NCBI GenBank assembly: GCA_050014495.1
Contig: JBEKDF010000017.1
Span: 1-59,705, forward strand
Source: Candidatus Bathyarchaeia archaeon
Lineage (GTDB): Archaea; Thermoproteota; Bathyarchaeia; TCS64
Reading direction: 5' to 3'
DNA length: 59,705 nt
The position numbers and the translations under genes were made by a program. The notes beneath the pieces were generated by a model, which searched no databases, was not told the DNA's origin, and worked only from the letters and a program-made list of their open reading frames with translations. Below, piece after piece: positions 18,827 through 27,103 of this stretch; the stretch's first letter is position 1, and each line of letters begins with the position of its first letter.

Positions 18827-19978
18827 TTGGCGATAAAGTTCCCATATCATATCTACCTTATAATGAAGAAGGACCTGACGGAGTTCTACAGGATCAAGGC
18901 CCGCCTCATCTCGATGACGATGCTCCCGATTATACTGATGCTCCTCTTCGGATACATGTTCCCAGCCGGTGGAGGTGTCAACCACATCTCCATAGCCGTG
19001 GTGCAGCAGGATCAGACCCCGGCTGGCCTCCTCCTCTCTGACAACTTCATCTACGCGGCCCAGTCCACGAAGACCTTCGATGTTCAGACGACTACCTCAC
19101 TCGAGTGGGCTGAGAACCAGATTACCCTGGGTAACATCTATGGCGTCGTGGTCTTCCATCAGGGGGTATCCGATCAGCTCAGGTCGGGTAGCGCCCAAGT
19201 TGAGGTGGTACTCGACCAGGTCAACCCGACCCTCGACCAAGAGGTGAAGGGTGGAATCACTCAGATATTCTTGGAGTTGCAGAATAATCTGAGCCCAAGC
19301 TTCACGGATGGGTTGCCCGGCAACACGGGGCCGACCATTAACCTCCAGTTCGAGGGACTCGTCCCAGGGCAGCAGAGCAGCTTCGAGTTCCTAGCCCCCG
19401 GCATGATCGCCATGACGCTGATCATCGGGGGGCTCTCCGGCTTAGCAATGACGTTCTCGAGGGAGAAGGAGCTTGGGACGCTGGATGGGTTCCTCATGAC
19501 CCCCATTTCGAGGGTGTCCATTATATTCGGTAAAGGTCTAGCGCAGATCGTCCGCGGCTTCCTCACCAGCGGACTCGTATTCGCGATATCGATACTCCTC
19601 TTCGGGGTCCACGTCTATGGGAACCCGTTCCTCATGATCCTTGTGCTGATGCTGGGTGTGACAGCATTCACGGGCCTCGGCATCCTCGCGACGACCTTCG
19701 TCAACGATCAGGAATCCGCTCAGCTCATCATAATGATGATTCAGTTCCCGATGATTTTCCTCAGCGGCGTCCTCTACCCGATCCTACAGTTGCCTTGGTT
19801 CCTCAAGGACATCGCCGCCCTCCTCCCACTGACCTACGTCGTCTCCGCGTTCAGGGCCGTGATGATCCTCAACGCCCCATTCCAAGCCATCTACACCCAG
19901 GTGATAGTCCTGATCATATCCACGATTGTTGTCTACTCCATCGCGATACCCCTCTTCAGGAGATCAGTCATGAGGTGA
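18827..19978 (+). CDS. ABC-2 type transporter permease
   Basis: REKELGTL...TPISR, FLSGVLYP...LP, PLTY motifs; 6 TM helices. Confidence 0.95.
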   Translation: MAIKFPYHIYLIMKKDLTEFYRIKARLISMTMLPIILMLLFGYMFPAGGGVNHISIAVVQQDQTPAGLLLSDNFIYAAQSTKTFDVQTTTSLEWAENQITLGNIYGVVVFHQGVSDQLRSGSAQVEVVLDQVNPTLDQEVKGGITQIFLELQNNLSPSFTDGLPGNTGPTINLQFEGLVPGQQSSFEFLAPGMIAMTLIIGGLSGLAMTFSREKELGTLDGFLMTPISRVSIIFGKGLAQIVRGFLTSGLVFAISILLFGVHVYGNPFLMILVLMLGVTAFTGLGILATTFVNDQESAQLIIMMIQFPMIFLSGVLYPILQLPWFLKDIAALLPLTYVVSAFRAVMILNAPFQAIYTQVIVLIISTIVVYSIAIPLFRRSVMR

Positions 19979-20026
19979 CGCGTGCACGGGATAATTGATA
20001 TATCCCCTCCCCCCGGATAGGATGTC

Positions 20027-20296
20027 ATGTCGGCGATTCATAAGCAGAGAAAGAATGTCAGGGATCGACTCGTCAGGGCGGAGGGACACATTCGGGGCAT
20101 CATTAAGATGATCGATGAGGAGAAGGAGTGCCCCGATATCCTCATACAAATCGCAGCTGTAAAAGCCGCGATTGAAAAGGCAGGTGAGATAATCCTCGAG
20201 GACCACATCGAGCACTGCCTCATTGAGGCAGTCAAATCCGGGGACATCGAGCCCCAGTTGGAGGAGCTGAAGACGGCGCTCCAGAAACTGATCTAG
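20027..20296 (+). CDS. csoR: CsoR/RcnR-family metal-sensing repressor
   Basis: RLVRAEGHIRGIIKMI, CPDIL.QIAAV, H...C. Confidence 0.9.
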   Translation: MSAIHKQRKNVRDRLVRAEGHIRGIIKMIDEEKECPDILIQIAAVKAAIEKAGEIILEDHIEHCLIEAVKSGDIEPQLEELKTALQKLI

Positions 20297-20304
20297 GTGA
20301 TGAT

Positions 20305-22140
20305 GTGGCAGCGACGTGGAAGAAGATAATACTGGCAATCAGCGTCACCCTTGCTGCAGTCAGTTGGTTGAGTCAGACGTTCAGCCTCCTGCCACTAGGG
20401 ACCTCCACGTTCCTCGGCATGATCGCGGCGGGTCTCGGGGTCGTATTCATCGGTGACAGCGCCTTCCACGCGCTACGCGAGGGTAACTTCGGCATAGACA
20501 TCCTCGCCACCTTCGCTATTATCGCCTCAATCTACGTCGGGGAATACGTCGCCGCAGCCGTTGTGGTCCTGATGCTTGGTGGGGGTGAGATTCTTGAGGA
20601 CTACACGAGTGGTAGGGCCTCCGTGGCGATCCAGAAGCTCGTGGAGGAGTCGCCAAAGACTGCGATTGTGATACGCGAAGGCAAAGAGAGGGAGGTACCC
20701 ATCTCCGAGGTCACGATTGGGGAGACAGTCGTAGTCAAACCCGGGGGCAAGATCCCGGTCGATGGCATAGTGAAGTCGGGAAAGGCCTCCGTCAACCAGG
20801 CATCGATCACAGGCGAGTCTATGCCGGTGGATCGTAGCGCTGGCGAGGGGGTTTTCGGTGGCACAATCATCGAGCTTGGAAGCCTCGACATCGAGGTGAC
20901 CGCTATCGGTGAGGAGAGCACTTATGGTAAGATAATCAAGATGGTCGAGGAGGCGGAGGAGCATAAGGCACCTATAGAGCGCACAGCCGACAGGTATGCC
21001 AAGTACTTCACACCGGTCATCCTCGGCTTGGGAGTGATAGTCTATATTGTAACGGGTAGCCTGCTCAGGGTCGCGGCGCTTTGGGTAATCGCGTGTCCAT
21101 GTAGTCTGACCCTTGCCACCCCCATGGCTGTTGTCGCGAGTATCGGCAACTCGGCCCGTAAGGGCATCCTGATTCGTAACGGTGAGAGCCTGGAGAGGCT
21201 GAGTGGTATCGACGTCCTTGCCCTCGATAAAACCGGCACAATAACCACCGGTCGCCCCGAGGTTGTGGCCGTCAAGGGCTTCAACACAGAGGTGAACGTT
21301 GTACTCGACGTTGCCGCTACGGCGGAGATGCGATCCGAGCACCCCTTGGCTCAAGCCATTTTGAAGAAAGCTAGTGAGGAAGGCGTTAACCCTGATGATC
21401 CTCAGGGTCTCGTTATGGAGCCGGGTCTAGGCGTCCGAGCTGAGACTAAGTCTGGGATCATCCTCGTCGGAAACGATAAGCTCCTCGCAAAAAACGGCGT
21501 TGAGCTCACTAAGGAGGCTTCGGAGTATTCGTCGTCGGTCGAGTCGAATAGGACGCTGATCTACGTGGCCCGTGGGGGAAGCCTGCTTGGGGCGATTGAG
21601 GTGGCGGATACCGTCCGCGGCGACCTCTCAGGAACCTTCAAGGAAGCCAAGAAGTACGTGAAGAAGACGATTATGCTCACCGGGGACAACGAGTCCGTGG
21701 CGAAGTCGATAGGTGAGCAGGTCGGCGTCGACGAGGTGTTCTTCAACTTGCTGCCGGAGCAGAAGGTTGAGAAGATCAAGGAACTCAAGGCTCAGGGATA
21801 TAAGGTCGCCATGATCGGTGATGGCATAAACGATGCACCTGCTCTGGCCACGAGTGATGTCGGAATAGCGATGGGTCTGAGGGGCACAGACGTAGCCATC
21901 GAGACCGCCGGCGTCGTCCTAGCAACTGACGATCTGAAGAGGATACCCAAGCTTTTGAGGATCGGTGCCTCGACAATGAACGTCATTAAGCAGAACCTCG
22001 TATTCGCGATGACCGTGAACGTGATAGGGATAGGGCTGAGCGTCACCGGGATCATTCCGCCCCTAGTCGCCTCGATCATCCACGAAAGCAATGCAATGAT
22101 AGTTATGTTGAACTCTTTACGCCTTCTAGGGGTTGATTGA
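20305..22140 (+). CDS. Heavy-metal-translocating P1B-type ATPase without N-terminal metal-binding domain
   Basis: TGES, CPC, DKTGT, SEHP, GDGINDAP; HE in the last TM segment. Confidence 0.95.
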   Translation: MAATWKKIILAISVTLAAVSWLSQTFSLLPLGTSTFLGMIAAGLGVVFIGDSAFHALREGNFGIDILATFAIIASIYVGEYVAAAVVVLMLGGGEILEDYTSGRASVAIQKLVEESPKTAIVIREGKEREVPISEVTIGETVVVKPGGKIPVDGIVKSGKASVNQASITGESMPVDRSAGEGVFGGTIIELGSLDIEVTAIGEESTYGKIIKMVEEAEEHKAPIERTADRYAKYFTPVILGLGVIVYIVTGSLLRVAALWVIACPCSLTLATPMAVVASIGNSARKGILIRNGESLERLSGIDVLALDKTGTITTGRPEVVAVKGFNTEVNVVLDVAATAEMRSEHPLAQAILKKASEEGVNPDDPQGLVMEPGLGVRAETKSGIILVGNDKLLAKNGVELTKEASEYSSSVESNRTLIYVARGGSLLGAIEVADTVRGDLSGTFKEAKKYVKKTIMLTGDNESVAKSIGEQVGVDEVFFNLLPEQKVEKIKELKAQGYKVAMIGDGINDAPALATSDVGIAMGLRGTDVAIETAGVVLATDDLKRIPKLLRIGASTMNVIKQNLVFAMTVNVIGIGLSVTGIIPPLVASIIHESNAMIVMLNSLRLLGVD

Positions 22141-22264
22141 GTCCACACAAAATAGTGTGGGTGACATTACATAGCAACGCGTGATCAGAGGTGTAATATC
22201 GTGAATCCCGGGATTATCTGATGAGAAACGTTGAGACCAATCAGGTTAGAAGGTTAGTTGCCAC

Positions 22265-22738
22265 ATGATGAAGATGAAAAACCCCAAACAGAGGATGTAT
22301 ACAAAGGAACTAGAGGAGACCGCCGTGAGACTCCATGGACACGGTGGCCCATTTATGGTCGTCGGCCTCAGAATGGGATTAGAGGCACTGAATATTCTCG
22401 ATGCCCGTGGATGGTTCGACATCAAGTGTGAAGCTGAGCTGAGGTGGGCGCCTCCTGATGCATGCGTTCTAGACGGTATACAGGTCTCAACTGGTTGTAC
22501 CCTGGGTAAGCATAATATTGAGGTTAAGCAGGGCCAGGGCTTGTCAGCTACATTCAAACATGGGGATATGGGAGTCACGTTAAAGGTGAGGCCAAGCGTG
22601 TTAGCAAAGATCAGTGGAAGCCTCGAAGAACACGATCATGATGAGGAGAATCCGGAGCATGAGGCGGAGACGCGGCAACTTATGGATGAGTTGATTGCTA
22701 TGCCTGTCTCGGAGTTATTTGAGATTATAAGAAATTGA
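22265..22738 (+). CDS. fmdE: FmdE-family metal-binding protein
   Basis: LHGHGGP...GLRMG, CVLDGIQVSTGCTLGK; His/Glu-rich tail. Confidence 0.85.
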   Translation: MMKMKNPKQRMYTKELEETAVRLHGHGGPFMVVGLRMGLEALNILDARGWFDIKCEAELRWAPPDACVLDGIQVSTGCTLGKHNIEVKQGQGLSATFKHGDMGVTLKVRPSVLAKISGSLEEHDHDEENPEHEAETRQLMDELIAMPVSELFEIIRN

Positions 22739-22848
22739 CCTTCAATTCAACTCCTTTCGAGCGCGTGCGAAGGTAGCCAACCTTGGAGAACAGATTGTGA
22801 TAAATTAATTCCTCATAAAACTTAATTCTCATCCCATAACCTAGATCC

Positions 22849-23490
22849 ATGGATTCGAGATTCTATCTACTGTTGCTCATCGGTGTGATCGGAGGATTAA
22901 TTGGCGGCTACTTCATTGCATCAACCCTTCTACAGAATCAGATTGGGGCCTATGAGGTCAGAATCCAGAGTCAGGACGCTGTGATAACCACGAAGGATGC
23001 GCTGCTGCAGGTCCAGGATACACAGATTAAGGCCCAGGACACGCAGATTAAGGCTCAAGACACACAGATTAAGGCCCAGGATCAACAGCTTCAGGCTCAG
23101 AGCACACTCATCCAGACTCAGGAGAACCTGCTTCAGCAGCTTAAGGCAAACATTACGAAACTGCAGGAACAAATCCAGTCTATTAGTGATCAATTACAGA
23201 CACGGGTCGGGATAGACTCCGTTACCTGGGGTAGCGATTCGTTCACATTGGATGTCAGGAACACGGGGCTTGTTAACGCTGTAGTTGAATCAGTGTCGAT
23301 CAGAGTCAATCAGGCAGGCAGTTCATCCTCTACGTTTGAGATACCAAGCATCAGATCGTCTATTCCCGTTGGATCGAATGCGACGATTACCTTAACTTAC
23401 CAATGGGCGACGTCAACGTCCTATGTGATTCGAGTGACGACTAACACTGGCTTCTATTATGAAGCGGTGTTCACCAGCCCATCAGCTTAA
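22849..23490 (+). CDS. Membrane-anchored coiled-coil protein with C-terminal pilin/archaellin-like beta domain
   Basis: N-terminal TM helix, Gln-rich heptads, LDVRNTG...YVIRVTTNTG. Confidence 0.75.
   Translation: MDSRFYLLLLIGVIGGLIGGYFIASTLLQNQIGAYEVRIQSQDAVITTKDALLQVQDTQIKAQDTQIKAQDTQIKAQDQQLQAQSTLIQTQENLLQQLKANITKLQEQIQSISDQLQTRVGIDSVTWGSDSFTLDVRNTGLVNAVVESVSIRVNQAGSSSSTFEIPSIRSSIPVGSNATITLTYQWATSTSYVIRVTTNTGFYYEAVFTSPSA
23014..23097 (+). repeat. 21-bp coding tandem repeat (QDTQIKA x3 plus one degenerate copy)
   Basis: caggatacacagattaaggcc / caggacacgcagattaaggct / caagacacacagattaaggcc / caggatcaacagcttcaggct. Confidence 0.9.
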
Positions 23491-23528
23491 CTCAATTGCA
23501 TGCGCGTGCATTCTGCCAGCACCATTTA

Positions 23529-25241
23529 CTAGTTTAGCAAGCGAGTGGTTTTGAGTAGCGTGAGTACGACTGACACTAGCAAAGCGAGTATTATTAGAGC
23601 CGCAACCCAGGCACTCTGAGTGCCCGTTAGACTTGGAAAACTAGCCACAAGTGGGGTACTGCTTAATACACCGAGGGTCATGCTCCGGGTGTCCCCGCCG
23701 TCTCTAACGAGTAGGGTTAGTGTGTTTGTCATGTTATTCGTGTCCACGAGTGGGGGCTGCCCGGGTATGGGGTTCACAACCATGATTCTGCTGAAGGTTA
23801 GGTTGAAGCGCGACTCTCCTAGATAATCTGATGTGCCTCTCCAGATGGTTTCATTGTCTCTCCTCAGTTCGAGGGATGCTGATTGTAGCTGTGCTCCACC
23901 ACGTAGTACTTTGACTTCGAATCCGCGGGTTACCTGATAGAAGAGGTTGTCGACGCCATACGAGTCAAAGCTCTGAAGATCGCCACCATAGACTAGGCCA
24001 CCACTGATGTAGGTTGGCCTTATCTCGTTGAAATCTGGTTGAATCCAGGCATCATTCTTCACGGTCACGTTTCGTAGGCTGTAGACTGTGTGCGAGTTGA
24101 TGGTCATGTTGACGAAGCTGGAGTCTTTTATCGTGACTTGTCGAGTGGAGCCGATCCAGCTGTACCAGCCTGAGTCCCACTTGTCTATCTGTGAGTCTTC
24201 TATCACTGCGTTCTCGCTTAGGGTGAATGTAGTGCTGCCGATTCTGCTCTTCCTTATAGTCAAGCTTTGGATGGTTGCGTCGGAGGCATCGAGCAGCTTA
24301 ATTGAGCTGTTGCTGATGTCAAGCGTAGCGTTTCCCCTTATGTTTAGACTCTGAGTCACACTGTCTTCAACTGAGATTTCGGAGTGGCCTTGACAGACGA
24401 TGAAGTCCGGGTTCGAGTCTCTCAACCGAAGTGTGCAGTTCACAGTGTAGAGGCAATAGGTCTGGGTGATCCCCACGTCGTCGAAGGTGATATTTCCCGG
24501 TATTCCTCCGCCTTCGAGCTTGGAGTCCCAGTTTTTGATGTTGTCGCTGAGTTTGAGCCTACAGGAGTAGTTGCCGTTGTTGAGCATGAATTCTAGGACG
24601 GCGATTGTGGTGTTTCTGAGGTGGAGGCTCGATGAGCACTGCATTAGCTCACCGATGAACGAGTCCGCTATGTTGCTGACTGTGTCCTTTGAGGTGTTTA
24701 ATATTCCTATGCTTGAGTTGTTTGCATAAAGTCTCGACTCATCAAGCAGGTTGATTGCGTAGGTGTAGTGATATGTGAGGTGTATTGTGCACCAGAACTG
24801 TTTGAAGACCTCGGAGTTAAGCAGTTTTATCGATGAATTGTCGTGGGCGCCGATGTTGTAGGGCACGGTCATGTTAATGTCGGAGTGGTCTAGCTCTAGG
24901 TGCCCGCTGTCTAGAAGCTCGAACGTCCAGTTTCCCTGCGTGAAGTCGAGGTGAGAGTTGACGAGTTTTAGCGAGGCGTTGTCTCTGATGATTATGCTGC
25001 CGTTAACAATGTAATCTTGGTTAGTTATAACGAGTGATTGGTTACCGCTGAGGATGAGGCCCTCCGAGCTCTCGGAGACCATAGTTGTCTGCCCGGTAAC
25101 AATACGTGAGTTTGTGAAGGTCAGGCTTAGTAGAACAATTATGAAGATCGCCGGAGCCTTCAGAGGCAAAATTATTCGAGGTAGTAATTGATTCGAGTCG
25201 GAGAAAAGGTTATGCAGATGCGCATGCGCGCGCGTACTCAC
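23529..25241 (-). CDS. Secreted beta-helix-like surface protein with C-terminal TM helix (true start probably downstream of the 25219-25237 tract)
   Basis: Hydrophobic N-terminal segment, repetitive Asn/Ser/Ile strands (NGSIIIRDNASLKLVNS), C-terminal TM helix. Confidence 0.75.
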   Translation of the reverse strand: MSTRAHAHLHNLFSDSNQLLPRIILPLKAPAIFIIVLLSLTFTNSRIVTGQTTMVSESSEGLILSGNQSLVITNQDYIVNGSIIIRDNASLKLVNSHLDFTQGNWTFELLDSGHLELDHSDINMTVPYNIGAHDNSSIKLLNSEVFKQFWCTIHLTYHYTYAINLLDESRLYANNSSIGILNTSKDTVSNIADSFIGELMQCSSSLHLRNTTIAVLEFMLNNGNYSCRLKLSDNIKNWDSKLEGGGIPGNITFDDVGITQTYCLYTVNCTLRLRDSNPDFIVCQGHSEISVEDSVTQSLNIRGNATLDISNSSIKLLDASDATIQSLTIRKSRIGSTTFTLSENAVIEDSQIDKWDSGWYSWIGSTRQVTIKDSSFVNMTINSHTVYSLRNVTVKNDAWIQPDFNEIRPTYISGGLVYGGDLQSFDSYGVDNLFYQVTRGFEVKVLRGGAQLQSASLELRRDNETIWRGTSDYLGESRFNLTFSRIMVVNPIPGQPPLVDTNNMTNTLTLLVRDGGDTRSMTLGVLSSTPLVASFPSLTGTQSAWVAALIILALLVSVVLTLLKTTRLLN

Positions 25242-25335
25242 TTATTAATATTGATCGTCTCCACGATTTTTGCCTACTTCAGTTCTAAACTACTAGTGAG
25301 GAGTTCAGTCATGAGGTAACTCGCAACCTCAGTAA

Positions 25336-26265
25336 CTAGGCCATCTGAGGTTTTCCTGATTCGCAAGCCAGCCAAGCATGAGCAAATTTCTCAGTTGGCA
25401 GCCACGAAGCCGGATGCTCCTTCGCCTTCTCCCAATTATACGGCGAGTATGTTAGGTTCCTAGGCTCTCCGAGATAACCGTCTTCAAGCTTCAGGGTTTG
25501 AAGTGGTTCTCCAGACTCCTCCGGTAAGCGGAGGGGTATGACCTCATCGAAGAATACCTCAGACAGCTCTAGGCTTCTCCCGATCTCGTGCACAGCTCCC
25601 GGTTCCACAGCGAGGGCCCATTGGGCACCCGCCCTTCGGTTCATTGAGAAGATGCCGTTGATGATATCGTTACGAAATGGGGAGTCCTTTGCACCGATGA
25701 ACAGGATCCCCGGGACCCTTCGAGCAGCTGATGATGCCATGGCTGTGTAGTAGATTCCACCCTTGTTGAGGACAAAAGCTATTACGCGGTCGGGCCTCCA
25801 GCATGTGAACTCGTAGTTAAACTGGCCTCCAGCGGAGATTCCCCATAGTGCCAGTGGGGCATTCGCGACCTCGGCGTGTCCCGATAGCGTCGCGAGCTCG
25901 CTGAGGGCGTCGAGGAGGGCTTGTCCGCTGCCCATTCCGACGTTCGTGTACTCCTCTATGAACATGTCCTCGTGGGGCTTGTCTGTGAAGTAGCAGCCTA
26001 GGAGGCCAAATCCAAAGCGTTTTGTGATGTCATGCCAGAAGGATTCTGTTATCTTCAGCTTGTCGTATTGTAGGACCTCACGCCAACCTGAGGTTTCCAC
26101 CCAGGATCGTGCATCCATGTTTGAACCGTGTAAGAGCACGAGGATGCCTCTCAGCGTTTTTCTTTTCTCTGGGATCCAGAGCCTGAACTCCGCTTTATCG
26201 TAGTTCTTGCCTGAGGGCATCTTTACATCGAATATAGTTCCGGGTTCTCTATCGATATTTGCCAA
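25336..26265 (-). CDS. Alpha/beta hydrolase-fold protein
   Basis: LLHGS, WGISAGG nucleophile elbow, GAKD, PGAVH. Confidence 0.75.
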   Translation of the reverse strand: MANIDREPGTIFDVKMPSGKNYDKAEFRLWIPEKRKTLRGILVLLHGSNMDARSWVETSGWREVLQYDKLKITESFWHDITKRFGFGLLGCYFTDKPHEDMFIEEYTNVGMGSGQALLDALSELATLSGHAEVANAPLALWGISAGGQFNYEFTCWRPDRVIAFVLNKGGIYYTAMASSAARRVPGILFIGAKDSPFRNDIINGIFSMNRRAGAQWALAVEPGAVHEIGRSLELSEVFFDEVIPLRLPEESGEPLQTLKLEDGYLGEPRNLTYSPYNWEKAKEHPASWLPTEKFAHAWLACESGKPQMA

Positions 26266-26403
26266 GACGATGCATCTTGTTATAGTAATAGTAACAATGA
26301 AATATTTTTATTTTTAACATTCACGCGCGCAATTTGAAGTAACGGATTGAAAAACTAGATCCCATATCAATTAAGATTTAATATTACCTTAATATTTCGA
26401 AAG

Positions 26404-26517
26404 ATGATGAAGAAGAAAAGCGTAGCACTGGGAATGGTTACACTCGGCTTCCTAGTAGCATTCGCGTCGTTTATCCTCACCTCCTTCTTCACAGTAGCTA
26501 CAAAACTTTTCCACTAA
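26404..26517 (+). CDS. Small single-TM peptide (37 aa)
   Basis: MMKKKSVALGMVTLGFLVAFASFILTSFFTVATKLFH; AT-rich promoter-like region upstream. Confidence 0.5.
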   Translation: MMKKKSVALGMVTLGFLVAFASFILTSFFTVATKLFH

Positions 26518-26583
26518 GAATCGCGTGGGCCTCTAAAACTAACTATTTAGTTTTTATTCAAGACAACACATCACAATGATGTT

Positions 26584-26958
26584 ATGGTCGACAAACCACC
26601 CATCCTCCTCGTCGAGAACAATGAAAAAGAAGCTAACCTGCTGAAGATTATTCTTGAGGGTGAGGGATACATCGTCGACACCGCGTCCAGTGGATGGGCC
26701 GCATCTGAAAAACTCAAGATGAGGAAGTATGCGTCGGTCATCCTTGATTTCAGTTTATCCGACATGAAGGGGGACGAGTTGGCTGAGAGGATCGAGCTTG
26801 AAAATCCGGGGATGAGGATCATCTTATTGACGGGTTTTCTACCTGCTATTGAGGCGAAGAGGCTTGAGAAGTTTAGGTATATTTTCAATAAACCAGCTGA
26901 GCCTAGAAGGATTCTCGAAGCCCTGAGGGTGATAACGAGGGATTACAAGTTTGATTGA
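26584..26958 (+). CDS. Single-domain response regulator receiver
   Basis: ILLVENN, VILDFSLSDMKG, ILLTG, KP. Confidence 0.9.
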   Translation: MVDKPPILLVENNEKEANLLKIILEGEGYIVDTASSGWAASEKLKMRKYASVILDFSLSDMKGDELAERIELENPGMRIILLTGFLPAIEAKRLEKFRYIFNKPAEPRRILEALRVITRDYKFD

Positions 26959-27103
26959 TTGAGATAGTATGTATTTAAATAACTAGCCACTAGGCGGGTC
27001 TTCCCTTAGAAGACTCGGACGCTTCAAGTATTTTACAGGTCTCACCATATTTTTAGCTACTTCAATCCAAGAGGGTTGCGCGCGTTGTGGGGAGATTGGG
27101 TGG

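Noticed and set aside
20527..21354. 275-aa minus-strand ORF, and similar long antisense ORFs at 10411-11043 and 28227-28898
   Set aside because: They overlap well-supported genes in GC-rich DNA and carry no recognisable motifs.
26584..26958. Receiver domain acidic pocket ENN instead of EDD/DD
   Set aside because: The phospho-acceptor Asp, Thr and Lys are intact, so this is a minor variant.
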